Notes: generated by a model from the sequence alone, not told the origin. A stretch of 64,000 nucleotides of DNA from Octopus sinensis (GCF_006345805.1 NC_043001.1:50282001-50346000), one strand, 5' to 3'. Numbered from the stretch's first letter, positions 1-13,302 are shown. Program-made: numbers and translations.

Positions 1-1407
1 TCCCTAGAACCTAACCAGCAACAATTACCTAACAATGAATATCTATGTAAATACGCATTGCCAGACAAATCAGAATGGATTAGTATACAACATAATATTT
101 ACAGTTTCTCTCATTTTTTATATTGGTTGTTTTGTTTTCATTATTCGACTTTGTGTGTTTCGAGACTAAGAAGAGGTATTCTTATTTTGCTTTCTCTCTC
201 AGTAATTCTTCTAGATCTTTTAATGTATTACTTATATTTATATGAAACGGTGACAATATTTTTACATGATCGCATTCCATTGGGTTATCGCTCGTTCATT
301 CTAGGAATCCAGAAAAGCTATGAACTTTCAGATTGTTCTGTTTGGGGTCACTTTTTGGGGATAATCAGCTACATAATTGTTAACTTTATCCTGTTTGTTC
401 TTCCCAGTCATGTAAGTGAGATTATCGCTGAAAGTATGATAGATACAAAACTCAAAGAAGATTCTTTTTCTACACTTCAGGGTTTTGATCGACTCCTTGC
501 AATAATTAAAGTTAAAGTTTTTATTGCTGCCGACCCATATTTCTGGAAATCTATATTTGTTAAGTGGATTACGCGTATACATAAAATGTGGACTATTTTC
601 TACAAGAGTAATATTTTTATAAAAATTATATTATGTTTGCTTCCTATTTTGGCTACAATTTTATTTGTTGTATTTTTTATCTGTGAATTACTTCTCCGCC
701 TCGTTTATTACGGAATCCCATTCATATATTTGATTCTAACTTTACCATTAAGTTATTTCAAAAAATATATTTTACCTCTAATGAAGAAAAATATATATCC
801 TTCCAAGTGTCCTGATAAAATTTTATCATTGCCGTCATTGCCGTTTTTTATATTATGGGCATTTGCTTCAAGCTATGTATTTCTTATGAGTTTTCAAATC
901 ATTTGCACTTATGTATTTTCAATAGCTATTGCAATGCTTGCTAAACCTGATATTGTCGGTGGTATATGGTTTGTTGCCATGTTTTTCGTTCACGCTTTTA
1001 CAGTTATGAACGCTCTTCAGGAACATTATAAAGGGATACTAGTTCAATCAATAAAGTTTACCAAAATTATAAAACCAAATTTAGTTCAGTTAAAATATGA
1101 AGAGGAATACATTGATGCCAAATTGTTTGAAGCAATCGTTAACGAGTATTTTCCTTTAAGTTACGAGATTGGTAAAGCCATTATAAAATTAATTCTAATC
1201 GTATCTTTTTTCTTTGCTTGCAATAACATAATAAATCGAAAGGATTTGCATCTATCAGCATTCGCACGGATTGCTTTGATATTGATGACTTCATTGATGC
1301 CAAAAATATTGTCGAAAATGAATGCTAAATTTCATTTTGATACGTCTCTGTCACACAAAGTTATTCACACAATTTATGAACTTCCAAAAGGAAATGAATC
1401 CAATTGA
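1..1407 (+). CDS. Paralog 1 of uncharacterised multi-pass membrane protein family (5'-partial, continues upstream of window)
   Basis: Frame is open from base 1 (SLEPNQQQLPNNEYLCKYALPDKSEWI), aligning with SRELNQQQLAHGESSFRIMYTLPHKLEWI of the 54162..56405 ORF. Shares IPLGYR, ICELLL-LVYYGIP, AKP--G--WFVAMF and IVSFFFACNNII motifs with both paralogs; many hydrophobic segments. Confidence 0.85.
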   Translation, partial: SLEPNQQQLPNNEYLCKYALPDKSEWISIQHNIYSFSHFLYWLFCFHYSTLCVSRLRRGILILLSLSVILLDLLMYYLYLYETVTIFLHDRIPLGYRSFILGIQKSYELSDCSVWGHFLGIISYIIVNFILFVLPSHVSEIIAESMIDTKLKEDSFSTLQGFDRLLAIIKVKVFIAADPYFWKSIFVKWITRIHKMWTIFYKSNIFIKIILCLLPILATILFVVFFICELLLRLVYYGIPFIYLILTLPLSYFKKYILPLMKKNIYPSKCPDKILSLPSLPFFILWAFASSYVFLMSFQIICTYVFSIAIAMLAKPDIVGGIWFVAMFFVHAFTVMNALQEHYKGILVQSIKFTKIIKPNLVQLKYEEEYIDAKLFEAIVNEYFPLSYEIGKAIIKLILIVSFFFACNNIINRKDLHLSAFARIALILMTSLMPKILSKMNAKFHFDTSLSHKVIHTIYELPKGNESN

Positions 1408-1569
1408 ATTTACGAAACTATTAACATTTTTCCAAAAATATAATTATTCCAATATTCCAGAAATTATTCTATCGCTTTTAACTACTTTGTATAGTAATCT
1501 GGTGGATTTCACCTGATTTCTACATCCTTCGATTCTCTTAGCATCATCACCGTTCACACCTTCCTTACT

Positions 1570-2190
1570 ACATTAATTTCGACTACTGACTCCAGTGGTA
1601 ATTGCATTGAGCCTCTTTTCGATAAAAAGCTGAGCTGTTCAATAACCGACGTACGCCGAACCACTTTCTAATGAATGCATTGCACTTTTTCTCAATGATT
1701 TGGACTCGTGATAGTGCCACCTCGTATATTAAAAGTGGCCACGAAAGTTGCGGATATAAGCCGAAATGTAAGCCCCTTAGCTTGCTTCCCTGGTAGCTTC
1801 GAACCAACTGTTAGTCCACTCCTGGCTTGTTTCATGATCTGCATCCCACGACTCCTATCTGACAATGTCCCAGCGTATATATGCCCCAAGCTCTTAAATG
1901 GTTCTTCTTAATCTCTTGGAATGCTTTCTCCAGCTATTCTAAATTTTACTTTTATCTTGCACTATTCTAATAAGTGTCAGACTACGCGACTCTTTTACTC
2001 TGAATCACATTCTTTATCACTACCAGCTCGTAGCTCCAAGAGGGACTCTGCATGATTTGCTTGTCTATCGACAGAAGTGGCAGGGCATACATGAAGGCCT
2101 TCTTAGGTGATTGTATATCGGGCATTTGTTCCGAAAAGTTTCTCACATTCAATTTATCATTTAAAATTAGCAACTTACTGCAAAACTTAA
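1570..2190 (-). mobile_element. Degenerate HERO/NeSL-type (R2-superfamily) non-LTR retrotransposon fragment
   Basis: Translated pieces (LPGKQ..., LHFGLYPQLSWPLLIYEVALSRVQIIEKKCNAFIRKWFGV) match the post-RT LPGKFK-W-YQ-G-LPR-WPLL-YE motif of HERO-like elements; frameshifted. Confidence 0.7.
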
Positions 2191-2603
2191 TATAATGTTT
2201 TGCTTCTGCTCCTTCTAAATCTTAATCTTTATCTTTCTTAATCTTCAAACTTTATAAACCCATTTTACTGCAGTCTCCTTTATAAGGCTGTTATATCTAC
2301 GTTACTAATTATTAATTTTCAATCTATACATCTTACCTACTTATTATATGACACGCTATTGTAATTATACTAGTGCTCTTGTACATACCGAAATTTTAAA
2401 TTTCAAATTTATTTTTCTAAATTTTCTATATTTTCTTTATTTTACATATCTTCAATGCACCCAAACCATATTCGTTGAAAAATAACATAGTTTATAAATT
2501 TTTAAATCACTTTTCTGAACTCCAGTTCTCTGCTTTTACCTATAAGTATTCTGGGAATCGTAGACCATTTTGAAAATCTTTAGTCCAGATACACCGACTT
2601 TTC

Positions 2604-2607
<4 letters not shown>

Positions 2608-2637
<30 letters not shown>

Positions 2638-2683
2638 CTTCTTCTTCTTCTTCTTCTTCTTCTTCTTCTTCTTCTTCTTCTTC
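2608..2683. repeat. (CTT)n microsatellite
   Basis: Perfect trinucleotide run. Confidence 0.95.
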
Positions 2684-2789
2684 CCTCACGATCTCTATAC
2701 TAATTATTCATCCCCTAACCATACTTCTGTCTATTTTTTGTTTTCTCCCATTATAAGCAAAAAAAAATTGTCTTCCTCGCATCTTTCTT

Positions 2790-2809
2790 GAGTGTGTGCG
2801 TGATTGACT

Positions 2810-2843
<34 letters not shown>

Positions 2844-3472
2844 GTGAGAGAGAGATGTGTTGTCGGAATGAGAGAGAGAGAAAGTGTATGTTACTGTGTG
2901 TATGAGACAGAGAGAGAGACAAACAGACAGAGAGAGATACCATCAATTTTATTTATTTTTCTCGCATCTTTTTTTGGTGTGTGAGAGAGAGGGGCGTTAC
3001 GCTATCATACACACACACACACATATCAGCACACGCCTTCTCTCTCTCTCTTTCTCTCTCTCTCTCATACACACACACTTTCTATCTTGCACCCCATCAT
3101 CAACATATACACATGTCCCTGTCATTTTCTCTCTTTTTCACTTTATGCTAACGTCAAATTAAATGTACATTTCCAGTTCAAAAAAACAAATAAAATTTTT
3201 TTACGGAATTTACCGAATGCTGTACCTTAACAGCTGATAGATCATTAACAACTCTGTGACTCAAAACAAAGGTTAGCCTTCACTGAAACTTATCTCCTGC
3301 CATAAAATCTTCAATGATATAATGATACCAGAAATAAGTCACTGCTTTAATCCCCCACTTGGGAAAACCTACCATCCAACGAATTGAACACTTCAAACGG
3401 CACGTTTTCACTCAAAACAACTACTCAAATGGAATAAAGACTACATGCATCACAACAACAATAACACCAAGT

Positions 3473-3530
<58 letters not shown>
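2790..3530. repeat. (AG)n/(ACAG)n/(CA)n/(GT)n microsatellite cluster
   Basis: Several visible di- and tetranucleotide runs. Confidence 0.9.
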
Positions 3531-3533
<3 letters not shown>

Positions 3534-3606
3534 CTTACAATATATCCTATTGTTAAGAAAATTTTATAGAACCATTCAATAAAACTCAAATGGGATAAGG
3601 AGTACA

Positions 3607-3979
3607 CGCTTTATCCGCCTAAACAGTGCAGCGGGACCCGCTTCGTAGTCAAGTCCCTGACGCCCCACTTTATTGAAGCCAACATTGTTACGGGGTACAG
3701 GAGCGGGGAAAATGTTTTCATTCCAAGGATGCACCTTTATCACTCGGGATGCCGTTTAACTTCCGCAGATCGCAGTTCCAAGTGAGGCCATGCTTTGCCA
3801 TGTCCATCAACAAATCCCAAGGCCAAACACTATCGGTAGCGGGCATCCATTTGGGAGAGCCGTGCTTTTCACATGGGCAACTTCATGTGGCCTGCTCCCG
3901 TGTGGGGAGTAGAAACGCTCTTTTTGTGTATGATCCTCAGGGCAGAACACGCAATGTTGTCTATAGTGAAGTTTTATAG
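3607..3979 (+). mobile_element. Helitron PIF1-like helicase C-terminal fragment
   Basis: PPKQCSGTRFVVKSL..FIEANIVTG..GENVFIPR, then (frameshift) FRRSQFQVRPCFAMSINKSQGQTL..AGIHL..PCFSHGQLHVACSRVG...TRNVVYSEVL: typical PIF1/Helitron helicase motifs V-VI and terminus. Confidence 0.9.
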
Positions 3980-4789
3980 ACGTAGAAAGAACAAGTCATC
4001 ATTGTAGCCTATGTGGTTATAAGCCGGAAGCATTGGTCGGACATATTCTCAAACGACGGCAAACATGACTCATGGACACTTCCTCTTCTTTACTGTACAA
4101 TGCTGACTTCTCCAACAACAATGCTCACTTGGCTGATATCAGCGCTTGGCCAAGTTGCTCATAGAGTTAGGCTAGAAGTGCCAGGCCCCTTATTTTTTTG
4201 TTAAGTCTGTTGGTAAGTTTTCCTAAGCTACTCCAATCCGGATCCCCAATGCAAGCCTTCGAATCAACCTTCTCCAATTCAGATCTCTAATGCTACCTTA
4301 TCCAATCCAAATCTTTGAGTCAACCTTCTTAACTGCAGATCTCTAATGCAAACCTTTGATCCATCCTTATTCAGTACAAACCTTCGATGCAACCATCTTC
4401 AATGCAGATCTTCGATGCAGATCTACGAGGCAACCTTTAGCTTCGATACAGCCTTGAACGATAGTACCCCTAGGAGGGGTTAGGATTAGTCGCTGGCTTT
4501 TAGAGGTTCCCGAGCCCCCTTTAGTTAGTTTAATTTAGGCTTCGGTTAAGGCTTAGTTGTGATCTGAACATAACCTCTTCTGACACAGAGGATCGAGAGC
4601 CCTTTTGGGCGTTCTATTTTCCTTGCCGGAAGGTTCCCAACCCATGGGCCAGGGTTAGATGATGGGGGAGGAGTTTCGAAACGGCTGGCATGTGAAACCT
4701 GATCACCTCTGCCGGTCACACTCCCAACCCAAGCGTACCCGTCATGACACTGATTCTGCAGAACTGGGTTGAGTGTGTAAACCAACTTT

Positions 4790-5290
4790 AAAGTATAAAT
4801 ATAGAGATTCTTTTTGAATCAGCAATGTTGTGTTCGGTTAAGTCCTATTTGGGGTGAAAAATCAATAAACTGATTCCTTATAGGGTTTTCCATTCAATCA
4901 GGATGTAAAAGCGATAAACCAATTCCTTATAGGATTTCCCACTAAAATTGGCTACTCCCCATTTTCAACTATAACTTTTCCCAATTTTGACGTATTTTGT
5001 TCAAACCTAATGCCGGTGTTACTTAGGACTCATGGGATTTTTGAATGCTTTAAGTTCTCAAAGAAAAACAAAAAAAAAACAATCGATGAGTGGAAAAATC
5101 GATAAACCGATTCCTTATGGGATTTCCCAATCAAGTTGTCTGCAACCCATTTTCGGCCAAACGTTTACCAATATCAATGGATCTCGCTCAAATTTAACGT
5201 CGGTGTAACTTAGTTTGGTTTGAAATAAATACTTTATTAGCTTGATAATCCTAACTTAATCTCGGGCAACGCCAGGCTCTACTGCCAGCA
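4790..5290 (+). mobile_element. Possible non-autonomous Helitron-like 3' region
   Basis: Internally repeated gataaacc(a/g)attccttat motif (about 4865, 4915, 5100) and end cgggcaacgccaggctctactgccag resembling a Helitron hairpin + CTAG terminus, followed by (AT)n. Confidence 0.4.
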
Positions 5291-5303
5291 TATATATATA
5301 TAC

Positions 5304-5394
<91 letters not shown>

Positions 5395-5398
<4 letters not shown>

Positions 5399-6000
5399 GA
5401 GCGGGATGGATAAGTTGCTGCCATTTTATATTTCTAATTTCGCGTAGGCGCATAGTTTGTTTTTGATTTTGTCGGCTATACGGTATAGTAGGGTCAGTTG
5501 CGCACCGACTGTGAGAAAAATAGCACCATGACGCAATTCACTCTCACAGAAATTTAAAAACAAACATGTACTGCTTGGCATTCACGCTGGAAGCTCCAAT
5601 ACGAACATTTCAGTGTTTGGGTGCCAATCTGAGGACAGTGCAATCTGAAGACATGTACCGAGAGTGATAAAAATTAAACATCCATTCAACATCATGGTGT
5701 TTGGAGTGATCATTAGTGATGACGTCCTTATGCCCCAATTCCTCTTTCCACACGGCCTCAGACTCAACACGGAGGCCTACATCAAATGTCTGGAGACGGT
5801 AGGGCTGCTCTGGGTGAAAAGGGTGGCTGCTGGAAGACCTTATGTCTGGCAACAAGACTCTGCACTATGCCACACAAGCAGGATAGACCATGCATGGCTG
5901 TCAGTCAATTTCTGCGACCACATCACCCTTAACATCTGGCCAAGTAACTCCCCAGACTGCAACCCCTTTGAGTATTATGTGTGGGGTGTACCGAAGATAA
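5395..6000 (+). mobile_element. Tc1/mariner transposase remnant, DD37D (maT-like)
   Basis: KHPFNIMVFGVI...GLRLNTEAYIKCLE...GRPYVWQQDSALCHTS...WPSNSPDCNPFEYYVWG catalytic-domain motifs. Confidence 0.8.
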
Positions 6001-6079
6001 AGGCAAGAACTATGCCAGCATTTCACCAACTTAAACAAGGAGTCCGTTCAGAATAGTTGTATGTTTGTATTGATGTATG

Positions 6080-6530
6080 TATTAGGTTGTCCGGAAAGTT
6101 CTGAGCATTTTTTATATGCAAAATGAGACATAAATAATTGACTTTTCAATAAGTTTTATTCCATGAAATAGTTTCCTTTATTATTAATGGTCTTTGTCCA
6201 TCTATCAGGCAATTCAAATATTCTATCAGCATAAAATTTGACCGGTTTTTAATCAAATATGTTATCTAGATGCATTTTGACTCCGTCTAATTCGTTAAAT
6301 GCTTTTTCTTGCAATGAGTTCTGTAGAGACAAAACTAAGTGGTAGTCGGGTGGTGCAATACCAGAAAAATATGGTGGATGGAGTAAGAGATCCCAGCCAA
6401 GATTATGTAACTTTGTTCGGATAGCCAAAGACACATGTGGTCGGGCATTGTCTTGTTGGAACACTACTCCATTCCAGTTGGCAATCTCCGGCCTCAATTC
6501 CTTGATTTTTTCTTTGTTCAAATTAGCTAG
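6080..6530 (-). mobile_element. mariner (DD34D) 3' fragment with TIR
   Basis: GVVFQQDNARPH...LGWDLLLHPPYFSGIAPPDYHL motifs; TA-ttaggttgtccggaaagtt mariner-like TIR at ~6080. Confidence 0.85.
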
Positions 6531-6599
6531 TTAATACCAGTGCACAGCAAAATAATGCTCAATAAATAATGCCTTTATGACCCTACCAAACACAAAGTA

Positions 6600-8035
<1,436 letters not shown>

Positions 8036-8038
8036 GAT

Positions 8039-10720
8039 AAGTTTCTTTATTGGCCACACAGGGCTGCACACAGATGGGACAAGTTACAAGGTAGAGCTTT
8101 TTGGGCGGGATGAAAAAAAAAGGGTGGCGTAGGTTTTCGATCAAAAGGGATCGTAAAAGGGAAAAAGAACAAAAAATAGGAAAAGAAAAAAGAAAAAAGG
8201 GAAAAGGAACAAAGGAAAAGAAAAATGAAAAAGAAGAAAAAAGAGGAAAAAAAGGGGAAGAGGAAAAGAAAACGATCAATAGGGATCGTGTATCACAGTG
8301 TCAATATGTATGGTGTAAAGGGGAAAGCAAGTAAGGTTTATCCGTGGGAAGAACCTTGGTCAATATTGTTATATGTTACCACATTTGTTTGCAAGTGGGT
8401 AACCCTCTGTTTTCAATTTCTGGGTTCATAGGATTATGCTCAAGGTGGCTTCGTCATTCATACGTGCCATCATTGCTACATTCACCCATCTTTTTTTAAA
8501 ATGTTCGCTAGACAAAACTTGCCTCTCTACTCTCACTTTCCTTTTCAAGTGGTACTTGAAGAAGTTGATGAGAGGTTGACCAGAGAGGAAAGTGTTTGTC
8601 TCCAATCCTTTCAGACGCGTCCACCAGATACATTCTTTCGCCATAGCCACAAGGATGATGAAAATAGCTCTTCCTTCCCGTTTGAAGGAAGGAGGCGTGA
8701 CAATATTGACAATAGACTCAGCTGATAAACCGACTCGTCCCACACGTGACAGCAGTTGTTCGACATAAGCCCACAGGTCGAAAATTGTTGGACACTGCAC
8801 GAGTGCGTGCAGAACGGTTTCGTCGCTCTGACCGCATCTCGGGCAGGTCGGCCCCGTGTTTCTCGAGCCGTGTCTGTAGAGCTTATCCCGAACAGGTAGC
8901 GCTTCACGGTAGCACTGCCAGGCCAGGGATCTCTGGAAGTTGTCCATTGGCCCTGGCCCGAAAGTCGTCCCGAACAGGCGGGTCAGGTATTCTCGTCGAC
9001 GTCCAAGTTCGCCCCGAGCTCGTCGTCGTACCTCCCCTCCACTAATCCCCTATAGAATGCTTTGGTTGTGATGGATCACTCAAGGTTGACCCAGGACGGC
9101 AGAGTTGCTTGAGAGCAACGCGACACTTGCGCTGCCATTCGACCTTCCTCGGCCTCTTTTTGATCCACGATTGCAGTTCGGTCATGGAGACGAGCTGCGG
9201 GAAAGCGTGCCTCGCAAACGGCGACCACACCTGTTCACCGTCGTCTACGAAGAGCCTGAGATGTCGCAGTCTCAGCGCGTGTCTGCGCATCATCAACCAC
9301 GGCATGCCCAGTCCTCCTTTTAACGGGTGTTGACAGCAAATGGATCGCCTGACCATCGGGACGCATCCTTTCCATAAGAAGCGAAAGAGAATGCGTTCTA
9401 GTTTGGTGATGGTAGGGTCGGGACAAGGCACGACGGTCAGGCGATAGTAGATGACGGACGCGATGTACGTGTTCTCCACCTCCGCCCGACCTTTTAGGGA
9501 CAGTTTCCTCTCGGCCCATTGCCGAGCGAGAGTGACCACCTTACTCGTTATCTCGTTCCAGTTCTTCTCCATTTGAAGGTCCGGACCGAACCAGACCCCG
9601 AGCAACTCGACCGGACCGTCGGTCCAGCGTCCCACAACGGAGGCGCTGGTGGACAGTATGGGCTTGCTTCTCCAGGTGCCTAGTCGCAAGCCCACTGACT
9701 TTTCCCGGTTGATTTTTGCTCCTGTCACCGTTTCGTAGTTTTTCAGTGTCTCGCCGACCTGCTCGATGTGCTCGTGGCTAGACACTATGACGGTGACGTC
9801 GTCCGCGTATGCAGACACGCTCGTCCCGCATCCCAGTTCTCGCGGGATGCCCCTCAGAGTTGCTAGCTTCCGCAATAGTGGCTCGAGAGTCAATACGTAT
9901 AGAAGCGTCGAGAGGGGGCATCCCTGACGAACCGAACGTGCGATGTCGAAAGGTCTCGATAGATGTCCATTTACGCGAATTACCGAACGGATGCCTCTGT
10001 ACAAAGCGGCTATCCAGCCGCGGAAGACGGGACCGTAACCAGCCGCTTTGAGGACTGCCTCCAAGTATCGATGGCCTACCCTATCGAAAGCTTTCGATTG
10101 ATCCAAATTGATCAGCGCCCCACCCATGCCAGGTTCGTTAACTACCCTGTCTATGATGTAGCGCATCAGGTTCAGGTTGTCATGGATGGTCCGGCCCGGC
10201 ACGGCGCACATTTGCGCCTTGTCGACCAGTTTCTCGATGACAAGCGCCAACCTCTTGGCTAACACCTTGGCCAAAATTTTCAAGTCTGCATTAAGCAGAG
10301 TGATGGGCCTAAAGTTATCTATTACATTTCCCTTGTTTAGATCTTTCTTCAGCAGTGTTACGGCTCCTCGGCTCACAAAACCTGGAATGCTCCCGTTTTG
10401 CTGCCAGTTGCAGTACACCGCTGCCAAGACGTCTCCAAACAAGTCTGGCATACAACTGTAAAGCTCGTAGGGTAGACCATCCAAACCCGGTGATTTGTCC
10501 CTCGAGCATTCTGCCATCGCGTCCTGCACTTCCGCCGCCGTGATGGCACCTTCGCAGCACCCTGCCTCTCTTGTCGAGAGTCGTGGTAGGCTGTGTAGGT
10601 AGGCACTGAAGTCCACCCTACGTTCTTGCCCGCCACTCGTCCCGAACAGTCGGGCAAAATGCTGTTGATAAGCCTCACACATTTTACTTGGCTCGAGCAA
10701 TTCGCGCCCCCGTTCATCTA
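8039..10720 (-). mobile_element. 5'-truncated Tx1/L1-clade LINE with intact RT domain and C-terminal zinc-binding region
   Basis: ORF 9042..10700: KSPGLDGLPYE, FRPITLLNADLKILAK, LDQSKAFDRV, QGCPLS, YADD. Frameshifted continuation 8426..8947 contains CPRC..ETVLHALVQC. 3' UTR ends aataaagaaact followed by a microsatellite tail. Confidence 0.9.
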
Positions 10721-10949
10721 CCAGAGACCGAATGGTGGTTTTGTTGCCCTAACAGTGTCGATTAGTTTGACTAAGCTTCTTCAAGGCGGTGGCCCAGCTT
10801 GGTCGCAGTCTGATTACTGAAAATGCTAAAAGAATCACTAAATTCCTTAGGAAAACTTTATTCTAAGGGAGGCAACTCTTCAAAAACTCACGTATCTCAG
10901 TCATTAAGGGAAAGTTTACGAAACTAAACAAAAGACGAAGGCAGGTGGA

Positions 10950-11200
10950 GTACAAACAAACAAATGTATAAGTATAGCGCTCAGGAATAGAAAAAGTCTT
11001 TTGCGTTTCGAGCCTACGCTCTTCGACAGAAAGATACACAGAAAAAAAAACAAGGAGAGAAACAAGGAAAGAAAAAAAATGTATGTAGTAGCTAACGATC
11101 TATCATGGAGTCCTGACTTACTCTGATATTGACATACATATACACCTACATTTCCGCCCCTTATATTAAGATTAACCTTCACCTCTCCTCTTCTTTCTGC
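10950..11200 (-). mobile_element. Penelope-like pseudo-LTR fragment
   Basis: Contains a minimal hammerhead-like core (next feature), as is typical of PLE terminal repeats. Confidence 0.5.
10997..11034 (-). ncRNA. Degenerate minimal type I hammerhead ribozyme
   Basis: Minus strand UCUUU-CUGUCGAA-GAGC guag GCUC-GAAA-CGCA-AAAGA: 5-bp stem I, 4-bp stem II and minimal stem III spacing, but A6>U and U16.1>C relative to consensus. Confidence 0.5.
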
Positions 11201-12237
11201 CCGTCTTCTTTCTGGAGTGGAATCCGCGAAACCCTCTCTACAGACTATTTTTGTTCCGTGAAAACATTCTGATCATTGTGCAAGGGTAATAACTCTTCAT
11301 TAAATTCCTCAACGAACTTCTCTCGTGGGTTTTTTTTAATCCGATTTTCACAACACTGAGCAATTTGATGTGACATCCCTAATCCCTCGCAGTAGACAGC
11401 CTTCACCATATTCTTCTACCATCACTTTTACTTAAGGTACTTCTCTATCTCGCATGCTTAAACAAATAGATAAAATACTGCTCGACTAGATCTCTGACAC
11501 TGTATTTTAAATATTAATACACTCAACATCATGACAAATACACGAATACGGTTCTGACGTATGGATTCGCAGGCAACCAGAGTCACACAGATGAACAGGG
11601 CTCAAGTGACAAAGCAATATCATATATGAAGCAAAAGATAACTCAAACGGAGCACATCAACAAAAAAATTGTCACATCAAATGCTACGAAAAGTACAAAC
11701 GATTCTGCTAAGAAAATAAACAATTCCAGGTAACAATCTAAATGATTTTACAGAAACATCAACAACAAAAAACTAACATAATATTGAAAACAGTATCAAA
11801 ACCACCTCAATAGCCATAAGAATTTTCGTTCGAAACTCGTTGATTCGCCCCTACTTTTTTGCATTTCTTTAATGCCTCCACTGAATCTATTGAGAGACAC
11901 CACCATCGTCAAAATATAAATCGTTTCTGTATGGATCACTTAAAAATATTTGCAAGGAATAGCAGCGAACTAGAAACTATCCGAAAATTGTCCATAGCGT
12001 CAGCAGCCATAAGGATCGATATGGGATTAGACAAATGATCCAAAGAGAATTTAAAACGAGGAAAATTAATTAACATTAAGAATATTACATGAGACAAACA
12101 TTGAGGTTAGAAAATTAGACCACTATCACCCATAAAAAATCACACAAGAAAAAATGAAACAGCTTACAAGGTAGGGTAACGAAAGAGAAAATTAGAAAAG
12201 AATGCTGCAGAAGAATTAGACTAATATTAATTTCAAA

Positions 12238-12425
12238 TTTTGGTACAAGACCAAGTATTGTTGGGGGGGGGGAGGGAGGTTAAGTCGATTAGATCGATCT
12301 CAGTGCTTAACTGGTACTTATTTTGTTTGACTCTGAAAGGATTAAAGGCAAAGTCGACCTCAGCGGAATTCGAACTCTGAACGTGAAGACGCGGCGTGCT
12401 AATGATTCTGCCAGCTCACCGCCTT
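12238..12425 (-). mobile_element. tRNA-derived SINE, family A (ggcggtgagctggcagaa head)
   Basis: Reverse complement of the copies at 22153 and 29051; head with B-box-like gagttcaaattcc. Confidence 0.8.
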
Positions 12426-12441
12426 AATAATAATAATAATA

Positions 12442-12496
<55 letters not shown>

Positions 12497-12560
12497 GCAG
12501 TATTATTATTATTATTATCATTATTATTATTATTATTATATTATTATTATTATTATTATT

Positions 12561-13065
12561 GAGTGAGAGAGCAGTTCATGCCATCAAAGTGACACTGGGG
12601 TAAAATATACGAAGCCCAATATACCCATCATGACTACCCGTCTGATAAAGGTACACCAGGCACATGCATCACAACCATATGTGCGCGACATGGTGATCTC
12701 ATATCAAGATAAACAGCACATGACCTTGCAGGTGGGGCCCAGTTAGAATTTTCTTCAGGTTGAGTAGCCCATCCCGCTCAAACGGTCCCTGAATAAGGGT
12801 TGTTTAAGGATGTTGAAAGAACCACCCATGTTTCCAGAGGTGAACTATTCAAACCCCAAAGAATCCCTCTCAACACATGGCTATGATGCTCCCCCACTAC
12901 TTCTGCTCGTGATCAGAGATGCACATATCGTCAACCACTAAGGGACATGCTCAACTGGTTAAGGTCAAACAACTGACAAGCAAATCTGTGGTATGGAGCA
13001 GAATATTTGCTGTAGCCCATCTTTTATACCAAGACAAAACAATGTACATGATAACACTTCCAATC
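12561..13065 (-). mobile_element. Non-coding (AAT)n-associated retroposon, 5'-truncated copy
   Basis: Reverse complement of 26411-26980; its 3' end ctctctcactc is followed by (AAT)n on the element strand. Confidence 0.75.
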
Positions 13066-13206
13066 ATATTATTATTATATTATTATTATTATTATTATTA
13101 TTATTGTTATTATTATTATTATTATTATTACCACTGCCTCTACTACTACTGCTGATAGTGATATTGCTGATGCCACTACAACTGCTGCTGCTGAATAATA
13201 ATAATA

Positions 13207-13302
<96 letters not shown>

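Noticed and set aside
4013-4204. Possible second Helitron helicase piece on the minus strand (SNLAK..SIVVGEVSI)
   Set aside because: The resemblance is too weak and frameshifted to support.
9042-10700. Intact 552-aa RT ORF as a domesticated host gene
   Set aside because: It is 5'-truncated, frameshifted before the C-terminal domain and followed by a LINE 3' UTR and tail; most simply a young insertion.
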